Below, piece by piece: positions 48,366-62,180 of a stretch of DNA of 64,000 nt. Within the stretch, counting starts at the first letter, position 1, and every line of letters begins with the position of its first letter. The stretch comes from Octopus sinensis (taxonomy: Eukaryota): the NCBI RefSeq assembly GCF_006345805.1, contig NC_043004.1, forward strand, positions 2,232,001-2,296,000. Reading direction: 5' to 3'. A program made the position numbers and the translations under genes. The notes under the pieces are model-generated. The model was not told the DNA's origin and did not search any database. It worked only from the letters and a program-made list of their open reading frames with translations.

Positions 48366-49043
48366 ATAATATGGATATTTTCATATAAAAGTACAGATGT
48401 AGTTGTGCTGGGTTCATTTGTTAAGCGAATCATAGGAATTTACAAGTTTTCCATTTCGAAGTTTTAACTAGAGCGCTTTACAATAATCACAAGGTGCAAC
48501 TGTCACCTTAACTCTTTCTACTTTAGTTGTCACTTTGAAAAATCTACTTATTTTACCTTGGAGTGATAATGAGCAAACTTGCTTCAATCAGCACTACAGA
48601 AATGAAAAGCCTCCAATGAAACAATATCCTTTCGAAAAGACTATATTATGATAATTCACTTGGGGAGATTGAATTTAGGTAAGAAATTTCTCTCCAACTT
48701 ATCTGCAGCTTGGATCAATATTTCAGACGTATGGTTCTCATAGTTGATAAGAGAAATATCGGATAACTCATTTGTTCTTGGTCAGAGATATCTGCTCACT
48801 ACATGTTCTCACAGAGCTTAATTCAAGCTATTAGTGTCAAATGACTTTTCACTTCCATGTCATAACTGCTTTCTATCGTCTGCGCAGAAGGCACTTAACA
48901 TATTTAAATTTGTAGAACTCTAAATGCGAATATGCATACTCGTGAATATACCTACCCACGTACATACATACATACATACTTACAGTTACACATACATAAA
49001 TATATGTATATATATGTATATATATATACATATATATATATAT

Positions 49044-49088
<45 letters not shown>

Positions 49089-50281
49089 ATACATATATAT
49101 ATAGTGAGAGTGATTTAAAGTTCCACCCACATATAAATATATATATCTATCTCGCTAGCTAGCTACATGTATACATACATACATACATACATACATACAT
49201 ACATACATAAATACATACATACATACATACATATATATATATATAAATACATGCAGCTAGCTCGCTAGCGAACGACATAGATATATATGTGTGTATATGG
49301 GTGGAAATATATATATATATAACTCGCAAAGGGCCAGGCTACTCAAATCCCGCGATTCACCCTTCACACAGCATCTTTCGGGCAACCTTACCTTATCTAC
49401 GTTCATTCATTTTTGCTCCATCCCTTTCCTGATGAAATCTGCCACAGGTGAGGTAGCTAATAATGCTAACAGTCTTTATTCTGCCACCGAATCCCAAACA
49501 ACCAGGCAAAATTCTCTTGGAAGATTGCATACATAGGTCTAAAATAAGAGATGTTGATTATAATTCGTAGAATACGTAATGGTGGTTCTATTTACAAAGG
49601 AAATTCACCGAAAGGTACTTTTCATTTTACCCAGACGAAGTCCATCGAATGTATTGCTGTTCTTTGTAATCCAAGAACACGCACCTAAATCCTGACAAAA
49701 TCAATTTTTCACATGGAACAAATAGTTAGCAATTTCGCAACATGCATGGTGGTTGCGACCTCGTTTCTATAAATAGCACCAATCTTTTGATCTCGATCAT
49801 TAATTACTTTTGCTGTGCTCTACTGACTCTCACCTAATGGTTCCATTCACAGAGACCTTAACGATTTTTGACCATCTATTTTACTATTTTACAGTCCAAT
49901 CGCTGTCAGTTTCCTACAAATTAGTTTCCTAAGCGTCTTATCTGCAGACGTCTAATCTCGTCATTAGCCACTGACCAAAAAGATTGCTTTCTAATTTTTC
50001 CACGTCGACATTGATATATTCAACAAATCTAATCGTTTTCCATCAGACAACTGGAAGTGGCTGAGCGGGTTTGAGAAAGTTTTAGAGATTCTCTCCAGTG
50101 TAACGGACTTTGCTGCTGAAGTTAGATGCAGTTACGGGTGGTAGGAGTGGTAGTGATATTGAAGGTGCATTGATGTTGTTTTTCTTAATAGTGTCATTTA
50201 TATTTTTATTGTAGTTGTGGCTGCCACCACTGCTTTGCCTATCAGGAGCGATGCGGGCGGCCAGGGTGTTTGATGGTAGCA

Positions 50282-50595
50282 GTGAAGGCACGTGGCTTAG
50301 TGGTTAGGGCATTCGGCTCACGATTGTAAGGTCGTGAGTTCGATTCCCTGCCACGCGTTGTGTCCTTGAGCAATACACTTTACTTCACGTTGCTCCAGCC
50401 CACTCCGCTGGCAAAAATGAGTTGTACTTTAATTCAAAATGCCCAACCCACTCACGCTGAATTTCTTTGAGATCTATGTTAAGGGTACACGTGTCTGTAG
50501 AGTGCTCAACCACTTGCAAGTTAATTTCATGTGCAAGATGTTCTGTTGATCGCATCAACTACAACTCTTGTCATCTCGTCACCGACGGAGTACAG
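50282..50595 (+). mobile_element. SINE family E, full length
   Basis: gtgaaggcacgtggcttagtggttagggc...gagttcgattccc...ccttgagcaatacactttacttcacgttgctcca...accgacggagt. Confidence 0.85.
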
Positions 50596-51146
50596 CTTGA
50601 GTTGATGGTCGCAGCGATGTTTGGTTATTCTGTTACTTCTTAAATTTTTCTGAACATTGAACTAGATGCGAGGAGATTGTTGCTCGTGAGTATAAGGGAA
50701 GGCGGTCTTCCATTCTTTCTTTCTCTCTATTCTTCCACACACAGTGATACGTTTCCGTTCACGGTGGGAAAAACTGACACGATTGGATTGCAAAAATAAA
50801 TACATGCCTATTCTTTTCAGAACTGCTTCAGTTCTATATAGGAGACAGAGAAGACAATGAACCGCCCACGTTCTTCAATGTCACTTCCGAAAATTAATCT
50901 ACAACAAAACAATATTGAGAAACCCAACACATGATTTCTCAAAGTGACGCTTTGTGTTATTATCATTACGTACAAGGTCACATATTGGGTGTAAGGGAAC
51001 AGTCAATGATATCAGCGTCAGTACATAACTAAGACTTCATCGATCACCGAAAGACGAAGCGCAAAGTTGATCACAGTGGTATTTAAACGCAAAACGTAGA
51101 GATCTTGAACAAATACCGCAAATTCCTCCGACTATCGAACAACTCT

Positions 51147-51362
51147 TATTTCTTTATTGCCCACAAGGAGCTAAACACAAAGGGGACAAACAAGGACAGA
51201 CAAAGGGATTAAGTCGATTACATCGACCCCAGTGCGTAACTGGTACTTTATCGACCGCGAAAGGATGAAAGGCAAAGTCGACCTCTGCGAAATTTGAACT
51301 CAGATGAAATACCGCTAGGCATTTCGCCCGGCGTGCTAACGTTTCTGCCAGCTCGCCGCCTT
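51147..51362 (-). mobile_element. SINE B beta-tail copy with 16-bp TSD
   Basis: actatcgaacaa(c/t)tct at 51131-51146 and 51363-51378. Confidence 0.9.
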
Positions 51363-51499
51363 ACTATCGAACAATTCTATTAATACTTTGCCATTATTTT
51401 TTATCATAGATACAACGCATGAAATTTTTGGACAGAGATCAGTCGATTATGTTGACCCGACCCTAAACTTGGATTGCTAATTTATGTTATCAGCCCTTG

Positions 51500-53330
51500 A
51501 AGATAAAAGAGGACGCTGACGAACGTGATATCTGCACACAGAACGTTAAAACACCGGATACTCCTGCTTTAACGGGTGATACTTTTCAACGAATGTCTAT
51601 CACATGTATATTTCTTCTATTCTGGTCTAATTCTCTTTTGTTACGTACCATGTTGTCCTTTCTTTCAGACCACAACTCCGTTCATAGATTCACCCGTGAC
51701 TGCTTCACTTGTCAAATGAAGGTAACTTTCTTCTCATTGTCATCTAGTTCATATTTCTTTAGATGTTACACGACTTCAAATTTCCTTCTTAAACTTTGTG
51801 TTTTTACTTCGCTTTTGCCTTCGACTTTTCTCTTTCTTCTTCCTGAATTCTAGTACATCCTCATTGTCTCAAGATGGCGGTGCGGTTTTGTTGGTTGGTG
51901 AAGAAGATACTACTCATCAGCTTCTGGGACTGACTTGTAATGGTGCTACCCTACTGTGGAATCAGTTGGTCTTGTTTTCTGTTAGGCGTTTTGTGAGCGT
52001 CATAGATACACAGGAGGAGATCACCCTCTCGTCGCATATCATATTTGTTTCCCCTGATGGTAATGTCATTTTTCTTCGTCTCTACATTTTCCCTTGCTTC
52101 AACAGGTCACAATGCCTGCTCATTGTCTATTTCCTCTTCGTTATCACAAGACTCTGCAGCTTACTTATATCCTTGATCGGGAGGGCGGTGAGCTGGCAGA
52201 AACGTTAGCACGCCGGGCGAAATGCTTAGCAGTATTTCATCTATCGTTACGACCTGAGTTCAAATTCTGCCGAAGTCGACTTTGCCTTTCATCCTTTCAG
52301 GGTCGATAAATAAAGTATGTGTTTCGCACTGGGGTCGATGTAATCGACTTGATCCGTATGATCCGTAAAGGCGGCGAGCTGGCAGAAACGTAAGCACGTC
52401 GGGCGAAATGCGTAGCCGTATTTCGTCTGCCGTTACGTTCTGAGTTCAAATTCCGCCGAGGTCGACTTTGCCTTTCATCCTTTCGGGGTCGATTAAATAA
52501 GTACCAGTAACGCACTGGGGTCGATATAATCGACTTAATCCGTTTGTCTGTCCTTGTTTGTCCCCTCTGTATTTAGCCCCTTGTGGGTAGTAAAGAAATA
52601 GATCCGTATGTGCGTCCTTGTTTGTCCTCTCTATGTTTAGCCCCTTGTAGGCAGTAAAGAAATATAATATCCTTGACGTGCGCTTCTGAAACTGAGGAAC
52701 AGTCGATTATTTCGGAGCCTCCAATGATGGCATTTTTTTTTACTAAGCTGTTTCTGTGACTGCTGGTTTTGATAGTCTCTCCTTTTCCTTTTTCAAGTTC
52801 TTCCAGTCAGAAAACTCTCACCTGACCCTTTTTACCACAAACGGACCAGTTGAATTTTCTACCCTTCACCATGTCTCATTACTTTTCATTTCTCACAGAG
52901 CATGAGCAAACATCCAGTATAGCTCCGTTTGCTTCAGGGATCATCAAGACTGCATGTCCATGGAAGCCACTATCGAGCACATATCGTTTCTAATAATTGT
53001 GCCGTTCGTTATTAGCATCACAGTCTTTAATTAAAGTTAAGCCTATTATGTGCCTTTCGAATAAATATTTGATGCTGTGGATGTAATCTCATCCCCCTTG
53101 TATTCGTATCTGCTACTGTTTTCCATATTGATTAAAGCTGCTTGATTATGGAGTATCACGCGCAGATATAAGTAAAAATTAACCAGTAAATTCTAGGTAT
53201 CCCGGTAGCTTGAGAAGCAAGTAATTATTTTCCACCTGAGGACTATTTCGCCCTGTGAAATCCCTTGGAGAATGGCTCGGTCCGGATGTCAAAGTGAACG
53301 TTAAACTAAATGAGGTAAGGCATGGAATGG
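51500..53330 (-). pseudogene. Possible highly decayed LINE ORF1/gag-like remnant with a relic CX2CX4HX4C knuckle, interrupted by nested SINEs
   Basis: 52848-52807 translates W-SV-C-GKKG-Q-VRVF-*; each non-matching ligand codon (tgg, cag, tga) is one substitution from C, H, C; preceded by VKGRK. Confidence 0.35.
52177..52666 (+). mobile_element. SINE B beta-tail copy (TSD atatccttga) containing a younger beta-tail copy 52368-52600 (TSD gatccgtatg)
   Basis: Outer TSD at 52167-52176 and 52667-52676; inner TSD at 52351-52360 and 52601-52610. Confidence 0.92.
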
Positions 53331-55134
53331 ATAATATTACCGGAAAAAATTAACCGAAATGCATCTATGACTGAATGACTGGAAGTGACCATCATATTAT
53401 TACTTTTTAATCAATTCCAGTCAAGCATACCAAGGATCAAATAGATTCCACCTATAACCATTTCATTTGTTTGTAAGGCATAGTGTAACCCGGACTACAC
53501 TCGTCACTGAGTTCCGTGTTTAAGAAGTTAGGTAATATTTGAGGGATGTCTGGCAATTCACTTGTAACTCATTTACACGGGGGTTACCGTAACATGACGA
53601 CAAAGTTTTATCTCAAGCAATACTTGATAAAATTAAAGTACCTGCTCTGTTGTTATCTCAAGACAGGGGATGCACCTCTGACCAGAACAGCCCTCTACTA
53701 TTGCGCCCATTATGCAGGTTTCGACACACGCAGGTTGTTGATACAACTTATATGCATTAATAATTCAATGGAAACTTGGTATAATGTACATTTGTAAAGA
53801 AGACATTTTTTTCAGTTCAGTATTTGACGATCTGCGGTCTATGATAAAGGACAGACCGAAGATAAATGTGTTGCCTGGGGTATTATCAGATGCTCACAGC
53901 GTTTCAGCAACTGGTTAGGGCATTCAATGTTAAAATATCCACAGCTTTTAAAGAGAGTAAGTGGAAACAAGAACGACAATTAATTGGTGTTAATCTGAGT
54001 ATATAAGACATAACAAGCAGAGAATCATTCGGAGTTCATTTATATTATGTATCATTAACAACGTTCATATATCTTTTGTCTGGAAGTTCTTTCGAGAGAT
54101 GTTAACTATTCTTGGCTAGCTATACAGATCTAGCAGTTCGAATGTCAAAATATGTCCAACATTCAATATAAGAACTGAAACGGTTCTATATGCTCTCCTC
54201 CATCATTTTTTGGTTTGTGACCCTCTATTAAATAATTCTGCATCCTATCGGAAGAATTCAGTCGTGCAGTAACTCCATATTTAAAAAAGAAACTTCAAGG
54301 AGCCTACGAGAGAGCTCTTACTAAATATACGCCAACACCCTCTGATATCACACTCGACCAGCTTTTAAAAGAGACAAAACTAAGAATGCATTAGAAAATG
54401 AAGTCCCCGCCTTACCATAAAAGAATGAGGTTATGGCAGACATGCATTTGATGGTAGGTGTCTCCGGTTAGAGTTGACTCGGGCTAAAAATAAGAACAAT
54501 GGTTTGGCTGGGCTGTAAACCTACCAGGCTTTAAAAAAATTCTTTGGTTCTCCTGATTTCTACATAACTTGGAATACTACATTGACATTGAGAATTATCA
54601 ATGGTCTTACGTAAACCTCCATCGGCAGTAATTCGTAGAGGATTATACGTCAAAATGCCGAGTTACTGATCACACGGTTTAATAAAGATTAGTCTTATCA
54701 GAATTACTAATCTAACATCTTTATCATTTTCTAATTTTCTTTCTTTCCCTTTTAAGTATTATTTCTTCCTTTCTGTCTTTCTTTCCCTTAATGTTCGCTT
54801 ACAACCCAAAACCTTAAATAGTTTTCATATCGTTTCGTTTATCCACATTTTAAGTTTTCAGTAACGAAAATACGATTGTCTTCAAAGAGAACGGGAACAC
54901 ACAGAGCAAAAATTACTGCATTCTGTTATTTGTATGCACAAATTTAATTGGAAACATTCTATTCTTGCACAGAATTCGTATCTCTCTTGTCTTATGTTGT
55001 CACGGAATCTCACCTTAATCACAGACAACCATCGCCAAAGAACTTGACAGCTTGACGCCGGAGTGCTTTCATTCTGTCAGCTTCTATAAACACATTCTGG
55101 CACAGATTCAACGAGAACACAATGAACGTCTTAA

Positions 55135-55450
55135 TTGCTAATGCTTAGAATAAAGCCATCTGTTCACTCTGATAATGAATATTGGAACTTAAAACGACAC
55201 ATACACACACACACACAGACACACTCACACATACGCAAACATACACACACACACACTGTTGCACACGCACACTTACACATACTCATATATTCACGCACAC
55301 ACATACAGCGGCAAATAGTCATATTTGCTAATGTACATATACGTAAATATACATTCATTTTTACACACACGCACCTACACATACACACACATACGCAGAC
55401 ACACATACACAAACTAACAGACAAACACACACACACAAGCACGTGTATAT
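55135..55450. repeat. Degenerate (CA)n repeat
   Basis: Direct reading. Confidence 0.85.
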
Positions 55451-55555
55451 ATAATACATGTCGGCAGATCCAGTTGAATGTTACTCTGGGGTCACTGTGC
55501 AGTCGGTTCATCACAGTATAAACAGCTTAGGCTGCACATTGCACATATCGCATAC

Positions 55556-55620
55556 AAACTTAGATAAACTTAGATTTCGGCCATTAGTGGCCGGACTGTG
55601 TCCAGTTTAAGGATACTACC
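55556..55620 (-). mobile_element. Short CR1-type 3' end with (TCTAAGTTTA)-type tail
   Basis: aaacttagat x2 at 55556-55575 matches the tail of the CR1 at 1991; stem-loop cggcca-ctaa-tggccg. Confidence 0.6.
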
Positions 55621-55879
55621 TGTCTCTGTACATACACACACACACGCACGACCATATAGGTATGTATATATGTACATACATACATTTGTGTATGTGTATG
55701 CATGTGCGCGCGTGCATGTGAGTGCGTGCGTGTGTGTGTGTGCGGGTGTATGTGTATGTGTGTGTGTATGTGCGCGCGAATTCTCGTCCAAATATTTACG
55801 AATTCCAACACTTCCATGCAGCACGTTTGGACAACCATGGTATATATATATGTGTATATCCATATATATATATATATAT

Positions 55880-56379
55880 ATATAGTTGAAATTTACAAAA
55901 GACAACAAAAGACGAAGTCGGGTGTATAAACAACAAACAGATGTATTAGTTTAACGCTCCAGAAGTGAGATAGTCTTTAACGTTTCGAGCCTACGCTCTT
56001 CAACAGAAAGAAACACAGAAATAAACAAAGAGAGAAAATAAAAAAAAGGTTTAGTGATCAATATGTGCGGATTGAGAGAAAACAGGGTAAGGAAAAACAG
56101 AGTTAGAAGAAACGACAATAGGAAAAGGCAGAAAGTAGAAAAAAAAGTTCAGAAAAGTTCAAAAGTTTCAAACGTCGTGGTGTATTGGAGCGATTTCTCA
56201 TCAACGGAGGAGTCCAGTATAATCCAGGTGAAAACCAGGTGGGAGTCCGAAGTGAAGGAGAGTAAATAATCCAGGTAGAGTATTTCGAAGTGTTGAAGGT
56301 GTAGAAAATCGAAGTGTATGAGGTAGAGACAGGATGAAATTGGTGCGACCACATGAGTGTACAATTATATAGTTGGAAA

Positions 56380-56421
<42 letters not shown>

Positions 56422-56577
56422 ACGGGAAGCTTTATGAAAATAAACAAAAGACGAAGGCAGGTGGAGTACAAACAAACAATTGTATTAGTATGGCGCTCAA
56501 GAATATAAATAAAACAAGTCTTTTACTTTTCGAGCCTACGCTCTTCAACAGAAAGATACACAAAAAAGAAACACGGA
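55880..56577 (-). mobile_element. Tandem family-G (Penelope-pLTR-like) units with two hammerhead-like motifs and an intervening PLE-like segment
   Basis: Motifs at 55974-56011 and 56519-56556 match 10935-10972; the spacer ORF contains HLVFTWIILDSSV, reminiscent of the PLE RT xLKFTW motif (weak). Confidence 0.55.
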
Positions 56578-57104
56578 TATATATATATATATATATATAT
56601 AATATGTTCTCAGGATTGAAAATCTGCCCTTCATTTGGTTCTTGAACATTCAGCATTGGGATCAGGTTTGGATGAGTATTTGTTATATGCTAACTCTTGA
56701 AAATTCAAATTTTAAAAGAACTCCAAAAATTTGTGAATTTACAAGTTTTTCATTTAAACTGAATTTAAGTAATACCAAAAGTTTGTTAAATAAAATAAAT
56801 ATTTTTAATTTTGTTCATTTAAAACTAGACCCAAGTTAGTGTGGGAGTTTTTGTGTCCGTGAGGTTTTGAAATTCCGTGGAGGTTGTGAATTGAATCGCT
56901 CAGAAGGAAATGTTGAAGAACTCGAACTTTCGGTCTCTCGCCCAAACCAGACTTTCGGCCCTAATCGGACTTTCGGCCTGATCGGACATCCGGTCGCATT
57001 GAACTTTTGGCGGAGACAGTTTATTCAGAGATTTGGACGTTTCTGATCTTAACTGAGTGGAAGTGCTAAGTTGTCTAGGTGCCAAAGAGAAGCAACACCA
57101 AGTT

Positions 57105-57330
57105 TTCGACCCAGCACCACAGATTTGATTGACCTCAACCAGTTGAGCATGTCCTTTAGTGTCTGACAATATGTACATCTCTGCTCACGAGCAGTAGTAT
57201 TGTGGTGAGTAACATGTAATGCATGTGCCTGATGTACCCTTATCAGACGGTTAGTCATGATGGGTATATTAGGCTTTGTATATTTGTATCTCTGCATTAC
57301 TTTGATAGCATGGGCTGCTCTCTCACAAAA
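57105..57330 (+). mobile_element. Family C dispersed repeat ending gctctctcac + (AAT)n
   Basis: Homologous to 18947-19031. Confidence 0.65.
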
Positions 57331-57332
57331 TT

Positions 57333-57340
57333 ATAATAAC

Positions 57341-57411
<71 letters not shown>

Positions 57412-57415
57412 CTAA
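57333..57415 (+). repeat. (AAT)n microsatellite
   Basis: Direct reading. Confidence 0.95.
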
Positions 57416-57419
57416 TAAA

Positions 57420-57975
57420 TAGACTATAAACCAACAAAAAGATTGAGGACGAGGGCTGATGCAGCCGCAACTGTGTCTAAAGACAGCAACGATAGGCATA
57501 GACATCTGTCTAAAGAACACCAATGCCTGGATGCTTAAATTTACCTGCAAGAATGAAAGTTCCAAAAGGAAAAAAAATGTATTCGATATCAGAAAGACCA
57601 AAGAAGTATGTACAGGGAATAAGGATCAATGAGAATAAAACGCAAGTAGATGAAACAAAAAGAACCTACTGTGATAGCAAACATACGAAAAAGAAGCTAA
57701 ATCAAACATAACATCAAGTGTAGCGAGATATGTTGGAATGAAAAGCATTGCACAACAAATATCCTACAAGACCCAAAGATTCTGATGTAGATACAAATGT
57801 CATTCATCAATCGTAGGCTGCATATGGACTTCATTCAGAAACAGAGATCTTCATTGAAGTAGATTAGGATCAGTGACTGCCCACCAAAAACCATGCAAGC
57901 ATTCTTAAAAATGGAGGTGATCTTGTCTGCTGCTTTTGTGGTGCAGCCAGGGAAATAATTGTCGACCATATGAGA
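57420..57975 (+). mobile_element. Old, heavily decayed R4/Dong-like LINE fragment downstream of (AAT)n
   Basis: Reading across stops gives KALHNKYPTR...GLHSETE...DQ*LPTKN...LKNGGDLVCCFCG...VDH, colinear with KPLHGKY...GLKAESE...QDQSLLTRN...MKNGADPKCRFC...VDH of the 5835 element. Confidence 0.7.
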
Positions 57976-58054
57976 GAGGAGCCCGTATGAAGAAAACATT
58001 TGAAAAGCTTCGGCAGGTTTCGAACTTAAGGTCGTCAGTCGGATACGCTAACCC

Positions 58055-58187
58055 CTAGGCTACACACCCGCGCACATTATTGAGTTCAGCCCCACTGTGC
58101 GGCACCTGGAGAACATGCTTTCTGAAATAAATCCGGCGCGACCAAAGCTTTGTCAGTGGATTTGGTAAACGGAAATTCAAAGCTCGT

Positions 58188-58190
<3 letters not shown>
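58055..58190 (-). mobile_element. SINE A 5' half
   Basis: gagttcagccccactgtgcggcacc and gtggatttggtaaacggaaatt segments, rearranged. Confidence 0.5.
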
Positions 58191-58224
<34 letters not shown>

Positions 58225-58280
58225 CAAATGTGAGGATAAAATGGGTGTGAGTAAGTATCTCATTTATTTCTTTTACCACA

Positions 58281-58337
58281 TGTATCACTGACGAAGAGAG
58301 GGCTCTTAGTAGCTAACTCTGAAATCGGTCCGATATG
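58281..58337 (+). ncRNA. Degenerate type I hammerhead-like motif
   Basis: tatca-CTGACGA-agag-(loop)-ctct-GAAA-tcgGTC-cgata; one C>T from the palindromic GAAACCGGTC form. Confidence 0.4.
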
Positions 58338-58519
58338 GTAATAATGGAATTTTTTAGAAATTTCTGTCGACTTTTTTTCGAGTAGCGTGCGTATTGTGAA
58401 AAAATTATATGGTTAATGGACAATATGTCCAATATTTCGGCATATTTGGCATTAGAATTCTTTTCCTTTGCCCTCATTTATGAATTATATATATATATAT
58501 ATATTGTATGTGTGTTTGT

Positions 58520-58742
58520 GTGGGGGGGATGTTTGTGTCTACGTGTGTGTGTGAGTCTTTTTTGTGTTTGTCCCCCACCACCGCTTGACAACCGATGCTG
58601 GTTTGTTTATCTTCACGTGACTCAGCAGTACGATAATAGTGCCATATTAAATAAATGCTCCCGGGAGGGTCGATTCACTTGACTAAATCCTTCAAGCCGA
58701 TGCCCCAACACAACCACCATCCAATAACTGACACACGTAAAG
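58520..58742 (+). mobile_element. SINE A 3' half
   Basis: ccaccgcttgacaaccgatgctgg...ttgactaaatccttcaagccgatgccccaac. Confidence 0.6.
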
Positions 58743-59619
58743 ATAGAAGTTAACAGACACATACCACAAGACTGTATGTATGTTACGATATTGTATTTAT
58801 GCAACTACATTATCTAATGTGTCTTTCCCTTAATTTTTGACAATAGTAAGGGGTATAATATATGGCCGATCTTGTGCAACTAAATAAATATCTTCTTTTC
58901 GGCTTGCTTTGGAACATATGTGAAGGGGCTTTTTCTGCATTTGGCCTGAGCATTACAACACGTCCATTATATTTTAAAAAAGAAAGTAAAATTGTTTTGA
59001 AAAAAGAGAGAACAAAAACGATGCTAATGGAGAAAAAACAAGGGAAAAAGGAAGAAAAAGATTATAAACTACGAGTAAAAACGTTCAGATGGTACTGCAT
59101 GAGAGTAGGGCTCATGTAGCTATTTCAGTTTTCCTTTTTATATAACATTTTTCTCATTTTTCATTCGTTTTATGTTTTTGTTCCCACTGTAGCGTTCTGT
59201 CTGTTCTTGTGCTGTCCCCTCTGCTTTTGGCCCTTGTGGCTAGAAATAAGAAAAATCATTATAACACGTCCAACTAGAAACATCTAGAAACGGCAACATA
59301 CCAAGTGTTGGTAGCGAAGGCTAGGAATTGATCACAGCTAATTTAGTTTGGCCTCTCAACTTCAAGGAATTATTTTTATTGAAATATACATGTAAGTAGA
59401 GTGGGAATAATTAAACATCCTGTAGAGACTTGTTCAAAGAACTGTTGTAATTAAACGATAGTCGAATCAACGAAATGTCAGTCTAAGAGACATTGCTGTA
59501 GTTATAATTGATTTATTGAGATTCTTTTCAGAAGTTTTAAAATATCTATTTCCTCCTTAATTGTAACAACTTGTATACAACTTGTGTAAGAGTCCTTGTG
59601 TCTAATGACATAATATATG

Positions 59620-60460
<841 letters not shown>

Positions 60461-61584
60461 GAATGTAAATGTATCCGAAATTATATACAGGCTGATGTGT
60501 TTGTATTGAACATAGTTTGCTAGTGTGTGTATATGTATGTGGATATATAATTTGCTGGTGTGTTTAAAACGTACGTAGATATGTAAGTCAGTAGGTAGCG
60601 CTATTTGATTATATTCGAATCTCCCCCCGAACCGCTCCTCATTGTTTCCAATCAAACTGATCACATTAACTTGTGTCTAGTAAGCTTAATTATTATGATG
60701 AATCATCAAGGAAGTGTTTTTATCGGCTCAGTTATTAAATGACACCATCTGGACGTTCTCCTATTCAAATTAAATTCGATACCTCAAAGAATTCTTAAAG
60801 AAATTATAAAGACGAATTCAAAGAGATTCTACCCCATTACTGTAAGAGCATTAAAATTAAAACATTTGATATCTTGCAAGAGATAAACAAAATATTTAAA
60901 AAAAAATTATCTTATATTTTGTATCTTAACTTTTAACAAAAATCACTACTTATTATAAAAATATTTAGCTTCAAAAATAAAAAAAACAGTTTGTTGAATT
61001 TTTTTTATTTTTTTAACCGATATTTTCGTCTTGGCTTTGTTTTCGTTATTTTTTTTTCTGTTTACTTGTTTTTGATTATATATATTGCAATTTTCTCTTT
61101 CTTTGCGTATTTCTTCTCGACGAGATTAAATCTTAGCTATCACCTTATTGATGTTTACATTTTAATGTGATTTAAGTTATCACTATTTCAAAGACTAGTT
61201 GAAATGTCTGCTCCAAATAAATTGATACTAATTTACATCATAAACCATCACCGACAGGAAGTAAACGAGTTGCTATAGTAACTAGCATTGTCACTGATAA
61301 ACGCAGTCTTCTAAGATGGAGAGAAAGCTAAATAGCAAGAGACATCGGTTTGCACATCTTGATATATCTACAAGATAACAACATTTCCTTTTCAACAGAT
61401 TTCAATATCGGATTCAGCGTGGTATAATCATATTTCCGCTGGGCAGTTTATCGACATTAACACTTGAAATCTAGCGGGACTTGTAAGCTAACTTTCTTTA
61501 TGACAACCACTCAATAACAGAATAGTAACATTTTCATGGTAGAACAAGAAAATCTCACTGAGAGATGGATAAAAAAAAATGCTC

Positions 61585-62180
<596 letters not shown>

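Noticed and set aside
50821-50897. Possible exon LLQFYIGDREDNEPPTF resembling a cadherin DxNDNxPxF linker
   Set aside because: Motif match is poor, an in-frame stop follows with no donor, and there are no other cadherin repeats.
61399-61482. 84-nt segment with good acceptor and GTAAGC donor
   Set aside because: Stop codons in all three frames and no partner exons; at most a non-coding exon, unsupported.
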